A stretch of DNA of 63,988 nt, the filler included, from Ionaspis alba (taxonomy: Eukaryota), in the NCBI GenBank assembly GCA_964255285.1. It is 10 parts of 10 records of this genome, joined end to end, with 100 filler letters (N's around TTAATTAATTAA, not from the genome) between each part and the next. Parts side by side here need not be neighbours in the genome. Positions count along the whole stretch, not along the records: positions 12,892 to 19,220 come from CAXUUL010000928.1; positions 19,321 to 25,648 come from CAXUUL010000929.1; 8 more parts are not named here. The stretch is one strand, 5' to 3'. The notes beneath the pieces were generated by a model. That model saw only the letters and a list, made by a program, of their open reading frames with translations. It searched no databases and was not told the DNA's origin. This document shows positions 13,187 through 25,209 of the stretch, one piece after another. The stretch's first letter is position 1; the number at the start of each line of letters is the position of its first letter. Made by a program: the position numbers and the translations under genes.

Positions 13187-14337
13187 ATGCCTTCACTTCG
13201 TTATCAACACAGACGTCCGTTTGGCCAGCAGCAAGCTCTGCTGGAATTGTGAGTACTGTTCATCGAGGATACTTTTCATGGTTGCTGATCCTTTGTTTCT
13301 TTCCAAAGTGGAAGCTTGAAATACCTGTGCCCAGAGGGTGTTTACTTGAGTCTGGTTCCTGGCCATTTCACAACATGGACTGGTGTATTGTTTGTTCGCA
13401 CAGGTATGTAGCGATCACATTCTACGACTTACCTACATTCACTCATCCATACCTTTAGGTCCATATGCACCTGCGATCTTACGCTTCCAAGTTGCTTTCC
13501 CTTCTCGATACCCTAATTCCGCGCCGCTAGTGACTTTCACGAGTGATATCTTTCACCCTCTTGTCTCTCCATTGACGACTTATACACATACTGGGACTTC
13601 AGCTTCAGATACCGTTAGTGCTACTGATGAAGAACGTCTGCCGCCCGGTGGATTCAGCTTGAGGCATGGCTTTCCGACCTGGTTCGAGAAGGAGGAGAAA
13701 GATTCAGGGGGGCTGGAGACATCTCGGGACGTGAAGGTGCCCACTCTTGAAAATAAAGATGGATTCCGCTCTCCCAAGAATGAGGGGACAATGTCACCGT
13801 CCTCGGTAGTCACCGGAGACCCTGTCACATTCAACACGACATCTGCAAAACGCGAACGTCAACACCCAGCTTCAACGTCAAGCACGATCACGATCGTCGA
13901 GGTATTACAATACATGAAGAAATCATTCGAGGACGTTTCTTTTCTGGACGAGCTACCACTAGAAGGCGCTGGCAACACCGGCGCCTGGAAAGCGTGGCGT
14001 GCTTATCTAGAGGCTTCGAGGTCACCGCGGTCCGACACTGATGACGAACGCAATGCAGCCAACACGCCTCAACGTAAACTTGGTGCTATCAGTCAAGCGA
14101 AGCCTTCTAATGACTGGAGCTGGTCTGGGATCTGGGAACAGCGTGTCAGAGAAGGCATCGAGTCAAGTATCTCCAATCCTGTGCTGTATGGAGGCTCAGA
14201 CGGGGACGATCTGGTATGTCTTATCTCTGTCATTTGGTAAAAAGCGCTGATGACTTGGCTAGATCAACTTTCTTGATCTCGATGAAGAGACGATTGAGAC
14301 AATCAAGAAGAATATCATTGAGCATGTACAGCGATAG
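13187..14337 (+). CDS. Ubiquitin-conjugating enzyme variant (UEV), AKTIP/Ft1/crossbronx-like, catalytically inactive; 4 exons
   Basis: Spliced product MPSLRYQH..QALLEF|GSLKYLCPEGVYLSL..WTGVLFVRTG|PYAPAILRFQVAFPSRYPNSAPLVTFTSDIFHPLV..GGFSLRHGF..GDDL|INFLDLDEETIETIKK. UBC fold with HPLV instead of HPN and no catalytic Cys. Confidence 0.85.
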
Positions 14338-14666
14338 TATAAACCTGTCTCCCTTGCTTTTCTCCACTGTCTCCTGTCATGGTGAACGTGGTTTCCATAT
14401 TTACCACGTATTCGACACTCGCTCAGCTCCTTCTCCCATTCTCACGGTTGTTGGCTCCACGATCTCGACCATGGCTTGTTTGGATCGCTCCTTCTCTACA
14501 GCTATGCTAGCTCTCCGACTTATATACTCCGCAGTCCTCGTAACTTGCTTCTTTCTCTATAGCAATTCCATACCATTGAGTTACAGAGCAGATCTCATCC
14601 AGCAACGATTACTCCCTTTTTGGCTATCATCTTGGGCAATACCGTCTCATCGGCTGAAGCCAATTC

Positions 14667-14972
14667 ATGGAAATTGCAGGGCTGACGATCATCGTTTTCT
14701 TATCCATCTGCATTCTCATCGGCATCCTCGTCTTTGTTGGCAGGAAATACGGAACAGCCATTCTCGAATACCTCATCCACAGCTCGATCATCGTATACCT
14801 CTGCAAACGTCTAGATAACTGCTTCGTGTGGACAAGGACGAAGAAGGCACTCGTTGCAGGCTACTTCAAGTTTGTGACAGAACCGGTTGTTGCAAGATAC
14901 AAAGGGACTGAAACTACGGAGCCGGCTTATGAGCGGCTGAAGACACGGATTCCGAGGTTCTCAGAATACTAG
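14667..14972 (+). CDS. Small membrane protein, 101 aa, N-terminal signal-anchor
   Basis: ATG-initiated ORF MEIAGLTIIVFLSICILIGILVFVGRKYG.., with a ~20-residue hydrophobic stretch followed by basic residues. Confidence 0.5.
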   Translation: MEIAGLTIIVFLSICILIGILVFVGRKYGTAILEYLIHSSIIVYLCKRLDNCFVWTRTKKALVAGYFKFVTEPVVARYKGTETTEPAYERLKTRIPRFSEY

Positions 14973-14979
14973 GGACCTC

Positions 14980-15348
14980 ATGATCAAGGGCTCGAAGCAC
15001 GGACGTTCTAGATCAGTTCCAGTTGCACACTATTCTATAGAAAAGGGACTCGTCAAGAAGAAGCCCATCACGTACCCTGGAGCCAGTATATTCGAACCTG
15101 CGCCAGATACCTTTGGTGTCCGAGTACTGCGATTGTTGTCATATCTCGACCCTCTGCTCGTCCTTTCGTACTTACTCCTTTTGAGCTTGAACATTTTGCA
15201 CTGGTTTATACCAAAGACGATACAAAGGTATGCAAAACAGTTCTTTGCCCTTTATCGGCCTTACAAAGCCTTCGAGACCCTACAAATTGCATCGGTTGCT
15301 AATCTACCTTGCCCAGGTACTCTCCTGATCTCGTATCAAGAGCCCTGA
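14980..15348 (+). CDS. Small membrane protein, 122 aa, central hydrophobic segment
   Basis: ATG 7 nt after the previous stop; hydrophobic segment LLSYLDPLLVLSYLLLLSLNILHWFI; SIEKG motif near the N-terminus. Confidence 0.4.
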   Translation: MIKGSKHGRSRSVPVAHYSIEKGLVKKKPITYPGASIFEPAPDTFGVRVLRLLSYLDPLLVLSYLLLLSLNILHWFIPKTIQRYAKQFFALYRPYKAFETLQIASVANLPCPGTLLISYQEP

Positions 15349-15864
15349 TATCCGTCCGAGCAGTACCTTCTTGCTACATCAACCACCCACAGCATCGTCT
15401 ACAGTACGGAACAGTGTTCTTCTTCCTCATTGGTATTATCTACGGCATCCACCTCAGCATCATAAGGTTGGTGGAGAACATCTGTACAGCAGCTCATCTG
15501 TATCAGGATCTGAAGGTATAGCCAAAGTCTCATCACTCGTATAGATACAGACATCCCATCTGACTTTGCTAGTATCGCTGGAACAATTATACCATACGAC
15601 GGCCAACAATCCCCAGGTTTGAGATACAGGATTTACTTCCTGGCAACTTGACGGGCTTCTCACCATACAAGAATATCTTTCCAAGAAAGGAAGAACTCTT
15701 AGAAATACTCCCAAGGATCACAGCTCTTCACTGGGCTGAGCTTTCAATAACGGTATCGACAGCTTTGTACACCTGCTATCTCTACCTTTCTGCGTGGTTC
15801 CAGCAACGTGCTGCGAATAGAAGGAGACGACTGCGTGCCACCCAGCAGCCGGCTATATAGTGGT

Positions 15865-16095
15865 ATGGGTGACCTCTCGACTGGTCTAATTGGTCTCCTA
15901 CTCCTAGTGCCTGTCGTGATTGCTGTAGGAGTGGCCTGTTGTGCTATCAAGTGCTCTGAGTGGCATTTCTATATTACACAAAAAATCACTACCAAGAAGC
16001 ACAAGAGAAACAAGTCCGAAGCTGGTTCGAATACGCAGAATTCTACGAAGAGCGAAGACTCGACCGATTTAGAAAAGGGGATTGCGAGATCCTGA
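15865..16095 (+). CDS. Small single-pass membrane protein, 76 aa
   Basis: MGDLSTGLIGLLLLVPVVIAVGVACCAIK..TTKKHKRNK..STDLEKGIARS: N-terminal TM, basic cluster, and a DLEKG tail common in fungal membrane proteins. Confidence 0.55.
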   Translation: MGDLSTGLIGLLLLVPVVIAVGVACCAIKCSEWHFYITQKITTKKHKRNKSEAGSNTQNSTKSEDSTDLEKGIARS

Positions 16096-16287
16096 AGTGG
16101 GGTTTCCTCCTGTTTCCGGGACTTAGGGCAACGCGGTGCGCGTGACGAAGTCGACATCTGCTATTGTTAGCGCCGGGTATACCCTCCAGGAGAGGATACT
16201 GCGTTCGACTTCTCACTGGACTTTTCAGCTCAGCGGTTCCCCTTTCTCAAAATCCGAGACTACTTCTTTCCTGATACGGCAGCAAAC

Positions 16288-19214
16288 ATGGATTCAGAAA
16301 GTCTAAAATCCTGGAGATCCAGCGAATCAGGTTTGACGGAAAAGCTCACCCCCAAACCTCTGCGCATTATCAAGCGAGATCTCAAGCGTCTTTCCGCTAC
16401 AGCTTTCAGACCTTCATCATCAGCTACTGTCGGAACTTCAATTCTCTCTTTGTCAAATTATGAAGATTTCAATATTCACAACGGCTCCTTTTCCGACCGC
16501 CATGGTCATCACGGGTCTTCGCGTGGATCTGTCAGATCTATGAGTGGCCATTCTACCACACGTGTAATGCCACCGCATCCATCTGGAGACTACAAGCTAA
16601 ACGTACGAAAGACGCGTAGGAGTGACACAGCTGGCTCCATCACGGGTACCGACACTTCGGCTAGCAGGCACGGCGGTTACACTGGTCAATTCCCACCTCA
16701 CACAGCAGATTCTTTCGCGAGCTTGCCTGAGTCTTCTACTTTACCATCTCTTCAAGCTTTTGAGCGCAATTCAAACATCCAGCCTGGCACACAGTTGCGC
16801 AGATCCTTGACTGTCAGCGAATATCCCAAGCTCCACCGTCCACATCCATTCGTTGCTAACTATGGTTCCAATTTCAAGCTTGCCCCAACACCAATTATAG
16901 CTCACGCGCACCGACGTATTGCTAGTGAAAGACCTTCGAACGCTGACGATGGGCCCGCAGCTGAGCTGATTGGATGGTCTAACCTTCCTCAAGCCCCATT
17001 TGCCGATAGTCAGCCATCTCGCAAACTCCGCTTCCTCAATAGAATCGTCAGTGGCCTCAATGTCACTATGAATGCTGGCCAATCCACGCGGGAACGCAGA
17101 GGGCGTGGAGGAAACCCTAGGATACACGCTAGTGGAGAGTCCGGCTTCGAACTAGCCATGGAGGATCGAAACGCGGTCGCTGGCGCTGTACAGCCAACGC
17201 GATCAGCCTTTGAGCCCATTATCAAGACTACCAGAACTACTTCCGTTTCAAGTGATCTTGAAAGTACCATTGGAGCATTCCCCAGCCCACCGAATTCTGG
17301 ATCTGGTCCATCTACCAGAGTGACTTCTCAGAAGACGAATTCATCTTCCACCTTGGCGCATAGCTCCCTGACAATCCCAAAGGAGAAGACCATCATGGGC
17401 GCAGAGCTTACGATCTTCCTCGAAAAGGATAGGCTTGATGAGGATGGCGCCAAACATCTGTTCGCAGCTGTCGAAATCAGGGGTACTTCTCGCGCAACTG
17501 TCAACGGTGCCAACGCGTCTGAAGGCAGCTGTCGCTTGGATATCGCGATCGTCGTTGACAACTCGTGAGTCATCCGTGTCAATTTCTTGCCAGCATTAGC
17601 TAAGGTAACGAATCTAGTGTTTTCACTTCACCAGCAGCCCTAATGGCATGTTGCGAAACGGTCTTCTTCCTTGCATCAAATCTAGATGTCGGCCGCGACC
17701 GTATCGGTATCTTATGTACTAGCAGCTCCAATGCCGGAGCTGATGAGGGCCATGAAGTCTTCCCTTTCGGTACTATCAATTTGCGTCAGACTCGTCAAGC
17801 CCTTGATTCCATTGTCTCCAATACGACCAAAGCGCCTCTAGACTATCTGACGAAAACTATCAACAAGGCCAGGAAGATGCTAGAGCATTCTTTCCATGGA
17901 GACGAGGCTTACAGGAAGAAGCACAAGACTATTGGGCATGTTCTTGTCTTTACTGCGAATCCTGGAGTTGTGCCAATGGAGGTCTTCAGCCAAAAGGAGA
18001 TTCAAGCACATTTCATCTGCCCCGGCAGCCTCCCATGGAGAGGCAGTCAAGTCTGTACCCCTTACGGATGGCAGCTTTCTCAGCGAGATGTGCACCAGCC
18101 GTGGTCAACTATTCGAAGTTGCAAGAAGGACCAAGACAACGTCCGCAACGGGCTGCTTGAACTGATTGCGGAAGCTCGCTTTGGTCTAGTCTCCGAGAGA
18201 ATGTCAGATCTGACACTCTCCTTCAAAGCGGGACCTCAGTGCACAGTCGACGGCATCATGGGACGCGTCCAATTTCCTTATCTTGCACCCGGCCAAGTCT
18301 TGACCACTCTGGTCGGAATCAAGCTCGGCGACATTCAGGCAGGAACAGCCATGCTTGCCAATTTCCCGCAGACTCCCCGAAGCCCGTCTGGCGCTATCGA
18401 TCTTCCTACAGAACTTGACGTGATTCTCGGAGACCAGATGGCGACCATCTTGACAGCGACTCTAGTCTATAAGCACGCTGCTCTACCTGAAGGAACCATG
18501 TGCACCATCTCAGCCGAAGGAAGAATTCCAGTTCCTGAAGACAATCCTCTACCAAATCTCATGCCACAGCCTTCCACAGATTTCAACGTCGAGCCTGGCG
18601 ACTATAGCCAAGAAGAAGTCGAGAAACGCTTGATTTACTACTTTGCGACCGAAAGGGAGGTCAAGAATGCACTGAACATCTTCCGCAAGCACTTCGGAGA
18701 GGGTAACGCACGTTGTTTCTGTCAAGACTATCTCAGGACCGTCACCGCGGAGCTCAAGTACCAGCGACGCATGATCGAGATTTTCGAGATGGCAGAAGAG
18801 CAGGCTGCAAGCGTCACGAATCCCTCGCCGCGCAGCGTGGTGAAACCTCGCGATCGTCCAGCCAACATCGAGAACCACAATCCTATCGACTGGTGTCGTC
18901 CAGCCCCCGCCGACATCACTCCTCTAAGGATCATTGAGACTAATCATAACGTTGGTCAGCTGAGGCATGAACCGTCTACAGAGTCCATTGACCCGGCACC
19001 AGGCTTCTGGAGAAGTCAGAGAATGCGAACCAATGGTCCCGGCGGCAAGAAGCTTCTCAAGAAGAAGAGCTTCCATAACGAAGCTAATGAGGAGACGCTT
19101 CTGCAGATCCGTGATGATGCGTTGAAGAACAAGAGGAGCGTTGGTCAGGATACGCTGCGCAGCTTGACTTTCCGTGGTGGTCGAGGGATTGAGAATGTTG
19201 CTCCGTGGCTTTAA
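16288..19214 (+). CDS. Hypothetical protein with disordered N-terminus and degenerate von Willebrand factor A-like domain, 2 exons (16288-17564, 17618-19214)
   Basis: Intron 17565-17617 (GTGAGT..TAG) joins LFAAVEIRG..LDIAIVVDNS|VFTSPAALMACCETVFFLASNL..DRIGIL, resembling the vWA beta1/MIDAS start. C-terminus ALKNKRSVGQDTLRSL..ENVAPWL. Confidence 0.75.
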
Positions 19215-19429
19215 GAAGCTNNNNNNNNNNNNNNNNNNNNNNNNNNNNNNNNNNNNNNNNNNNNTTAATTAATTAANNNNNNNNNNNNNNNNNNNNNNNN
19301 NNNNNNNNNNNNNNNNNNNNTGTGATTGGGCTTTGGCTCAAGGTCTAATGTCTCTGCGAGGCATTTTCAGGGGCAGGGCACAGAGACATTATTGTAGGAA
19401 GTGGCCCTAAGCGACTAGGATATGACTCT

Positions 19430-19690
19430 GGAGGTATCCTCGCGCAGTTGACGGGATCTTTCAGGGACCCTCCGTCATCTAATGTGCACTTCTAATTGGC
19501 CCTATTGGATTTAAGACATGTTGGCGAAGGCCTCCTCATGCGGTGGGAGGGATTCTTCGGGCACCTTCCGGCATTTCAAGTTCACTTTTATTGTGCCCGG
19601 TGTGACTAAGCTCTGCTTCTGAAGGCCTCCTCGCGCAGTCGGCGGGATCTTTAGGCACTCTCCAATATATAAGGTGCAATCTCATTTGAC
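19430..19690. repeat. Three degenerate tandem copies of a ~95-96 bp unit
   Basis: Copies start at 19430 (ggaggtatcctcgcgcagttgacgggatcttt), 19526 (gaaggcctcctcatgcggtgggagggattctt) and 19621 (gaaggcctcctcgcgcagtcggcgggatcttt). Confidence 0.8.
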
Positions 19691-21829
19691 GCTCCTATCA
19701 CCGTATAAACATTCTGTGGAATGCTTTTCTCTGGTGGTTCTCAAGTCCTTCGAATGTGTCTCCGGAACTCGTGACGGCTGATATAGATCTGTGTCTTGGT
19801 CCTGCTGCCTAGTCATTCTCGCCTCCTCCCCATCAGTCTGGATGAGAATCTACTTCAGGACGGGAGGCTATGGAGCGGAAGGAACAGTGTCGGGAGTCTC
19901 CAGGGTTAGTCGTTGGATACAGTAGTTATTACCCAAACCAACTGCCACTTTCTCCTTGATCTGCCAGCCAAGCAGAGTCATGCGATCTAGATATGGATCG
20001 CTATACTGTAGATTCAGATTCGAAAATTCCTAGGACCAGGTTCCCCAACCCAAAACCCTAATGCAATCCATGAGCGATCAGGACATGAGAACCTTGCAGG
20101 CAGTGTAAACCAAACTCAGTACAGCCAAAATATGCTTGTACCATTGGCTACCGGGTGTGTGGCATCTTCGAGAACGACAATCTGTATAGGCCCGCCGGAA
20201 AATCGAGTGGTTGATATGATTTAATGCAGACCTGCTTTTCTACACTCGAGAGACGGAAATCAAAGTCGTGGCTATGACAAACGAAACATTAAATCAAGCT
20301 AATTGGCTTGCGCAGCTCTTGCAGTTCTGACTCTCGTTTCGATTGAAGACTCCGATGCGGATAGAGTGCGAAGGTAGATGTAATCCCAATACTTGGTGAC
20401 TTTTGGAATGTGCGTTCGTTTGCTCCGGCCACGACTTTGAGGGGAATGATAATCCCCAGGTGACGATTAGCTCGGTGCTACGGGAACCGAAATGGGGAAC
20501 CAGCCCCTGACAAAGTAACGATACGCCTTGACTTTTGTGCCGTGTATGAGGAGAATAGCTGCCCCGTTCCGAGGACCTGCGTACAGTCCCAAGAACGCGT
20601 CGAGTCGTGTTGGTAGTTGGTACGCACTCCATTATGCTTCCACCTCGTTCAACCACCGCACTTACTATGCGGAGATGCGACTGGGCCGCTCTGGAAGTCT
20701 GAGGAATAGAAACTCCCCTGATCCATCCTATCCCAGCGCCATTCTCAACGATGTCTCGCTGGTCGAACTGTTCGGAAATCTACTCTCGCCTCTACCAAGA
20801 CCAATGTCAATCCATCTATGGTAATGCTTTCCCAATGCTTTTAGCAACACTCTATGGTAGGTCAAGGTCATTGCTTCATGATTAAAACTCTTCTTCTTTT
20901 GACAAGTCTTTGCCTTTTGTCAAGCGATGAATTTGTCCAGCATAACTCTCCTGTCTTATCATACAGGTGTCAATGATGATTCTATGGTAAAAGGTCTGAC
21001 TGCGATATCATCTTCCTGTGGTTTCTACCTCGCTCGAGCTCCTTCACCTGTGGCTTTGTCTCTTTCGGTTACTCCTCGAAGCAGCCATTGAGACATTGTC
21101 CTCGGTGGAGTTGAGCTTCATCAAGTGGATTGGCACGTTGACCGGCAAGATTGGCTGCTCAAGGTCCATGATCAGTTAAGTCCTGGAGTCAAGGTGTATA
21201 TTGTAGATCACTTCTTCATGGAACGTCAACTCGCTCCTCTCCTGAGTTGGCGTCAATGGCGGTTGTGAACATTATAGGCGTCTGGCTATTGTTCAATCTG
21301 GTGGGACGGCTCCGTGGCCAGATTGATAATCATTCTGCCACTGGTAGTTTGTTCTGAGAAGTGGAAACCTGGGAAGATGTGCAGTATGAAGACTGCAACA
21401 AGACTGAAAAGACCTGAGACATCTTGATGCAACCATGAGATTCTGTCTTGCTTTCATGAGCACTTGAACCTTTTCCATATCTTGCTGACTCCAGAACCCT
21501 AATAGGTTGTTTCGTACTTCTATACTGATCTTCCAATACGCGATTTGCGCACCAAGCATCCACATTCACGGCATTTGTGAAATCTTATAGACACTCGACT
21601 CCTTGCTAGTCATTTCCACCTAACAGGCTGTCAAAGTTTTCATTGGACAATATGCAGAGGCAACTACAGGGAGCTCCTTCAGGTAATAGCAATTATTGCA
21701 TTTCACGTGCGCTCCCGAGCCCTCCAATTCTTAACTTCCCGCCTTGCTCAGCCACTATATGATTTCATCGTTCAGCCAGGCTTGAGATGTGTATGCACTT
21801 CGTGGAGTGTTTATAGGTCAAACACAAGC

Positions 21830-24800
21830 ATGAGTGTTGCCTCTTGTCTAAAATCTCCAGGCGGAGAGCAGCAAGTCGGCCGTTCCTCTCCTATTACAAC
21901 GGACATCGCTGGCTGCAAGGTGTTGAACGCCGAGAATTTTTCTGACGGCCACAGCGAAATCCCAAAGGGTGTGCACGGAGTAAGCTCGCTTACTGATGAA
22001 CCACTAACTCGTTTCCGCAGGCTGGATGAGGTTATAGTGTTGTCTTCGGATATATCTCGCTCAAGCGAGCGTGGTCCATCCACGACATCAGATGGTGATA
22101 TTAAGAAGTGTCACATCTGTAAGAAACCACCTACGACTATCTTCTCACAGCCTTTGAAGCGGTGTCGGACTTGTCGTCGCCGATTTCATCTGGATTGTCA
22201 TAATCCTCCTATTCCATCTCCTCTAGGATCTTCGTAAGCTGAAAATTCTTGCAATGACTTGACCTGGTAAGGGGGCTGATGTTGAATTTATAGCTCTTTG
22301 ACTCAACTCCAGTGGCAGTGTAGTCGCTGCGCCAAGAAGAGAAAGAGGTCACCGAGCCCTTCAGGACCCTTCAGCTTGTCTTCTCGCGATTTTCTCAGAT
22401 TGTCCGACGATGCTTCAAAGGTACTAGAGTCTTGCAGAGCCGAAGAAAGGTCTTCGAAACGACAGAAAGTAGCTGCGGTGGCGTGCCAGCCGGAGTCAAA
22501 TAGTTTAGTGGAAAACCGTGCCACAGAGAAAGATACCACGGAATATCCATCAGCCTTACCCAGAGCTCCATTGGAAGAAGACCAATCCAAATACACAGAA
22601 ATTGCTCAATGTCGACGAGAAGGCAGGATCAGCCATTCGGAAGAGTCGCGGAGTGTTGTGGATTATGCGTTAACAGCTCCAATACCAAAGCTAGCAGGCG
22701 TTGTTGAGCTAACATGTCCTCCAAGAGACGAGCGGGGAAACGGCGCCAATTCGGAAGGAATTGCGGAGCTGCCGCCAGCAAAGATCAAGATGGACGAAAG
22801 AATTGTTGAAATGCTGTCAGTGGAGGTTGGAATGCTATCAGCGAAGGCGGAGACGGATGAGCGACTTGAATATTTGCTAAGAATCGTTACCTCTGGAGAA
22901 GGGACGTCGGCTGAAACAGAAGAATTCAAGATGCATTTCGTTGATCCAGCTTTGAGAAGGTGTGGATTAGAGAATCGCACCGCTCCGAAGTCCATTGAGG
23001 AGAGCACGAGCCAGCCACAAGAACCCCAAGTAGGAACTGGCAATCACGACTCACAACGTTGCTCCCAAGTCTCTTCACAGAAGTCTTCCAATCCTTTCGT
23101 TCCTCAATACCGAGAATTGTCGCCACCCTATAGCCCTGTCGAGGAGGCCATCATTGCGGAAAACACCCAAGCAAAGTCAGACGTGGGAGTGCAGGTGGAC
23201 ATCGTCGAAGATCTTGAACTCCAACTCGTGGATCATAGCGACCCTCTTGACTTCGACGCTCCCATGCGATATACCTGCGATGATAAAGGTGTTGAGAATC
23301 AAAGCGACGTTATGTCCGGCCGTGGCAAAGAGAGATGGACCAGGTGCAGGGCATGTCCAACAAAGATCACGACATTCAGAACGGAAGACGATGAAACGGT
23401 TCTCTGGTGAATACTAGCTATTGCTTCATAATCGCTTTTTGCTAATTGCGTCAGCTGTTCGTGCAAAAGGGTCAATGCTGCCAAAGCCAATGGCCCCTTA
23501 TATACACGATCCAAGTCTTCGCCCCCAAGCCTAAGCAAAAAGTCAAGGACAGAATGCCTCAATCAGTCTTGCAAAACCACTACGACTGAGGAGAACGTGG
23601 CTACGGTGTCTAATCAGTCCTATGAACGGGCACTATATGAGTGCGCCGATGAATCATCTGATCACCCACTTTTCGTACCTCTAGAGCCATCCTGCCATGA
23701 ACCACAGGATCATGAGAATCATCACGACACAGTCACGGCCGTAAATGACTCAAAACCCTCATTAAAGACATCAGCAGATCACCGCAATGAACTACGCAGC
23801 AATGATGGTAGGGCGAAAAACTCAGCACGAAGGCGTCCCAAGGATGCGGCGACAGGCACAGACAATCGGGTTTCAGCTCCTCTTACTCAAGGAATGGAAG
23901 AAAAAAGCCTTCAGGCAACACTAGCACCAGATGCAATTGGCGATGAAAGTAACAAAGCCGTCTTCGATCTGTGCCATCTTAAGGAGATCAAAGCTTACAA
24001 GAAACGCATCAAGAAAATAAAGAAAGAGGCAAGGAGTGATGCAAAGGAGGCAGAAACGGAAATTGCGAATTTGCGGAATAAATTGAAAGCAGCAAATGCT
24101 GCCAAAGCCTATGTATCGTCGGAACTTGAGAAAGCTGTACAAGAGAGTCATAGGTTACATCACTCACAACGCGGTGAAAGAATGGAGACTTATGAGCTTG
24201 CCCTTCAAAAGTTGAACGATAGTCTAGACCACGCCAAACTTGAGATTGAGTCCTTGAGAGATCAACTTCGCCGTTCCGTCCCATCTCTCTCCATGAGGGA
24301 CGTGGAAATTCGGCAACCCATCAGACGGGAGGGCGCCGACGAGAACGAAATATTGAACCTGCGCGACGAGGTGGTTGCTCTGAAGAAAATCCTAGCCTCT
24401 CGAGATGACCCTTACCGACACTTCGACTTCGCGCACCAGGATTTATTGGCTGCCAGTCACGCCGCAGGAAGTCTCGACGAAGAGACTAGAGAAGCTAAGT
24501 TGAAGGAGATCAGTAAAAGACACCGGAGGAAGGAAAGCTCAACGCAACTATTGGCAAGCGCCCGGGGGCAGCGAGGTCATGACCCTCACCGAGAAATCGC
24601 AGGTCGTCCGCCCTCGCGGCTCATCTTGCCTAGTGGACCTGCTAGTGCAAGCTCTAGCACAAGTGATGTTCCCAGAAGATCAAGAGGACGGCCGAGGAAA
24701 TCAATTATGATAGAAGACCGAAATGTGAGTAGTGGACAAACGGACGTTTCCTGTCTCGACGGTCAAAAGAAGAAAAGAGGAAGGCCGAAGAAGCGCAGTA

Positions 24801-25209
24801 TGGTTTGCAAAGACACAGATGGGAGTGATGACGGTTCCGAGTGGAATGACGAGGGAGAAGACCGGATGGAACGTGAAGGTAAACAACACAAAATCATACG
24901 GCAGGAACAGGAACGGAATAGCGATATCGAAGATGAATACAAAGGGGATAAGAGTGAGGAAGAGAGCCTACCTTCAGCCATTGAAGCGCTACGCCGTTTC
25001 GATGAGATGGTCGGTATACCTAAGAACCCTCGTCCGTTGCGAATAGATAATGCCCTGGTGATGAGAGATGGTACTCTAGTACAACATTCCAGACCCACAT
25101 GCCTTCTTTGAGTTGCGACTGACCAGGTGTGCAGGATGCAAAAGGTGGATTGCCAAGGGCGAAGGTGGCTTACAAGGTCGGCCGCTCTCTCGCTGGACGG
25201 TTGCGGTGA
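21830..25209 (+). CDS. PHD-finger, coiled-coil and AT-hook chromatin-associated protein, 4 exons
   Basis: C4HC3 pattern CHIC..CRTC..HLDC|..WQCSRC split by intron 22234-22293. Further introns near 23407-23454 and 25079-25134. AT-hooks RRSRGRPRK and KKRGRPKK. Last exon DAKGGLPRAKVAYKVGRSLAGRLR*. Confidence 0.8.

Noticed and set aside
20041..20062. AACCCTAA as a possible telomerase RNA template or telomeric seed
   Set aside because: Single short match with no extended template repeat or recognisable conserved TER elements.
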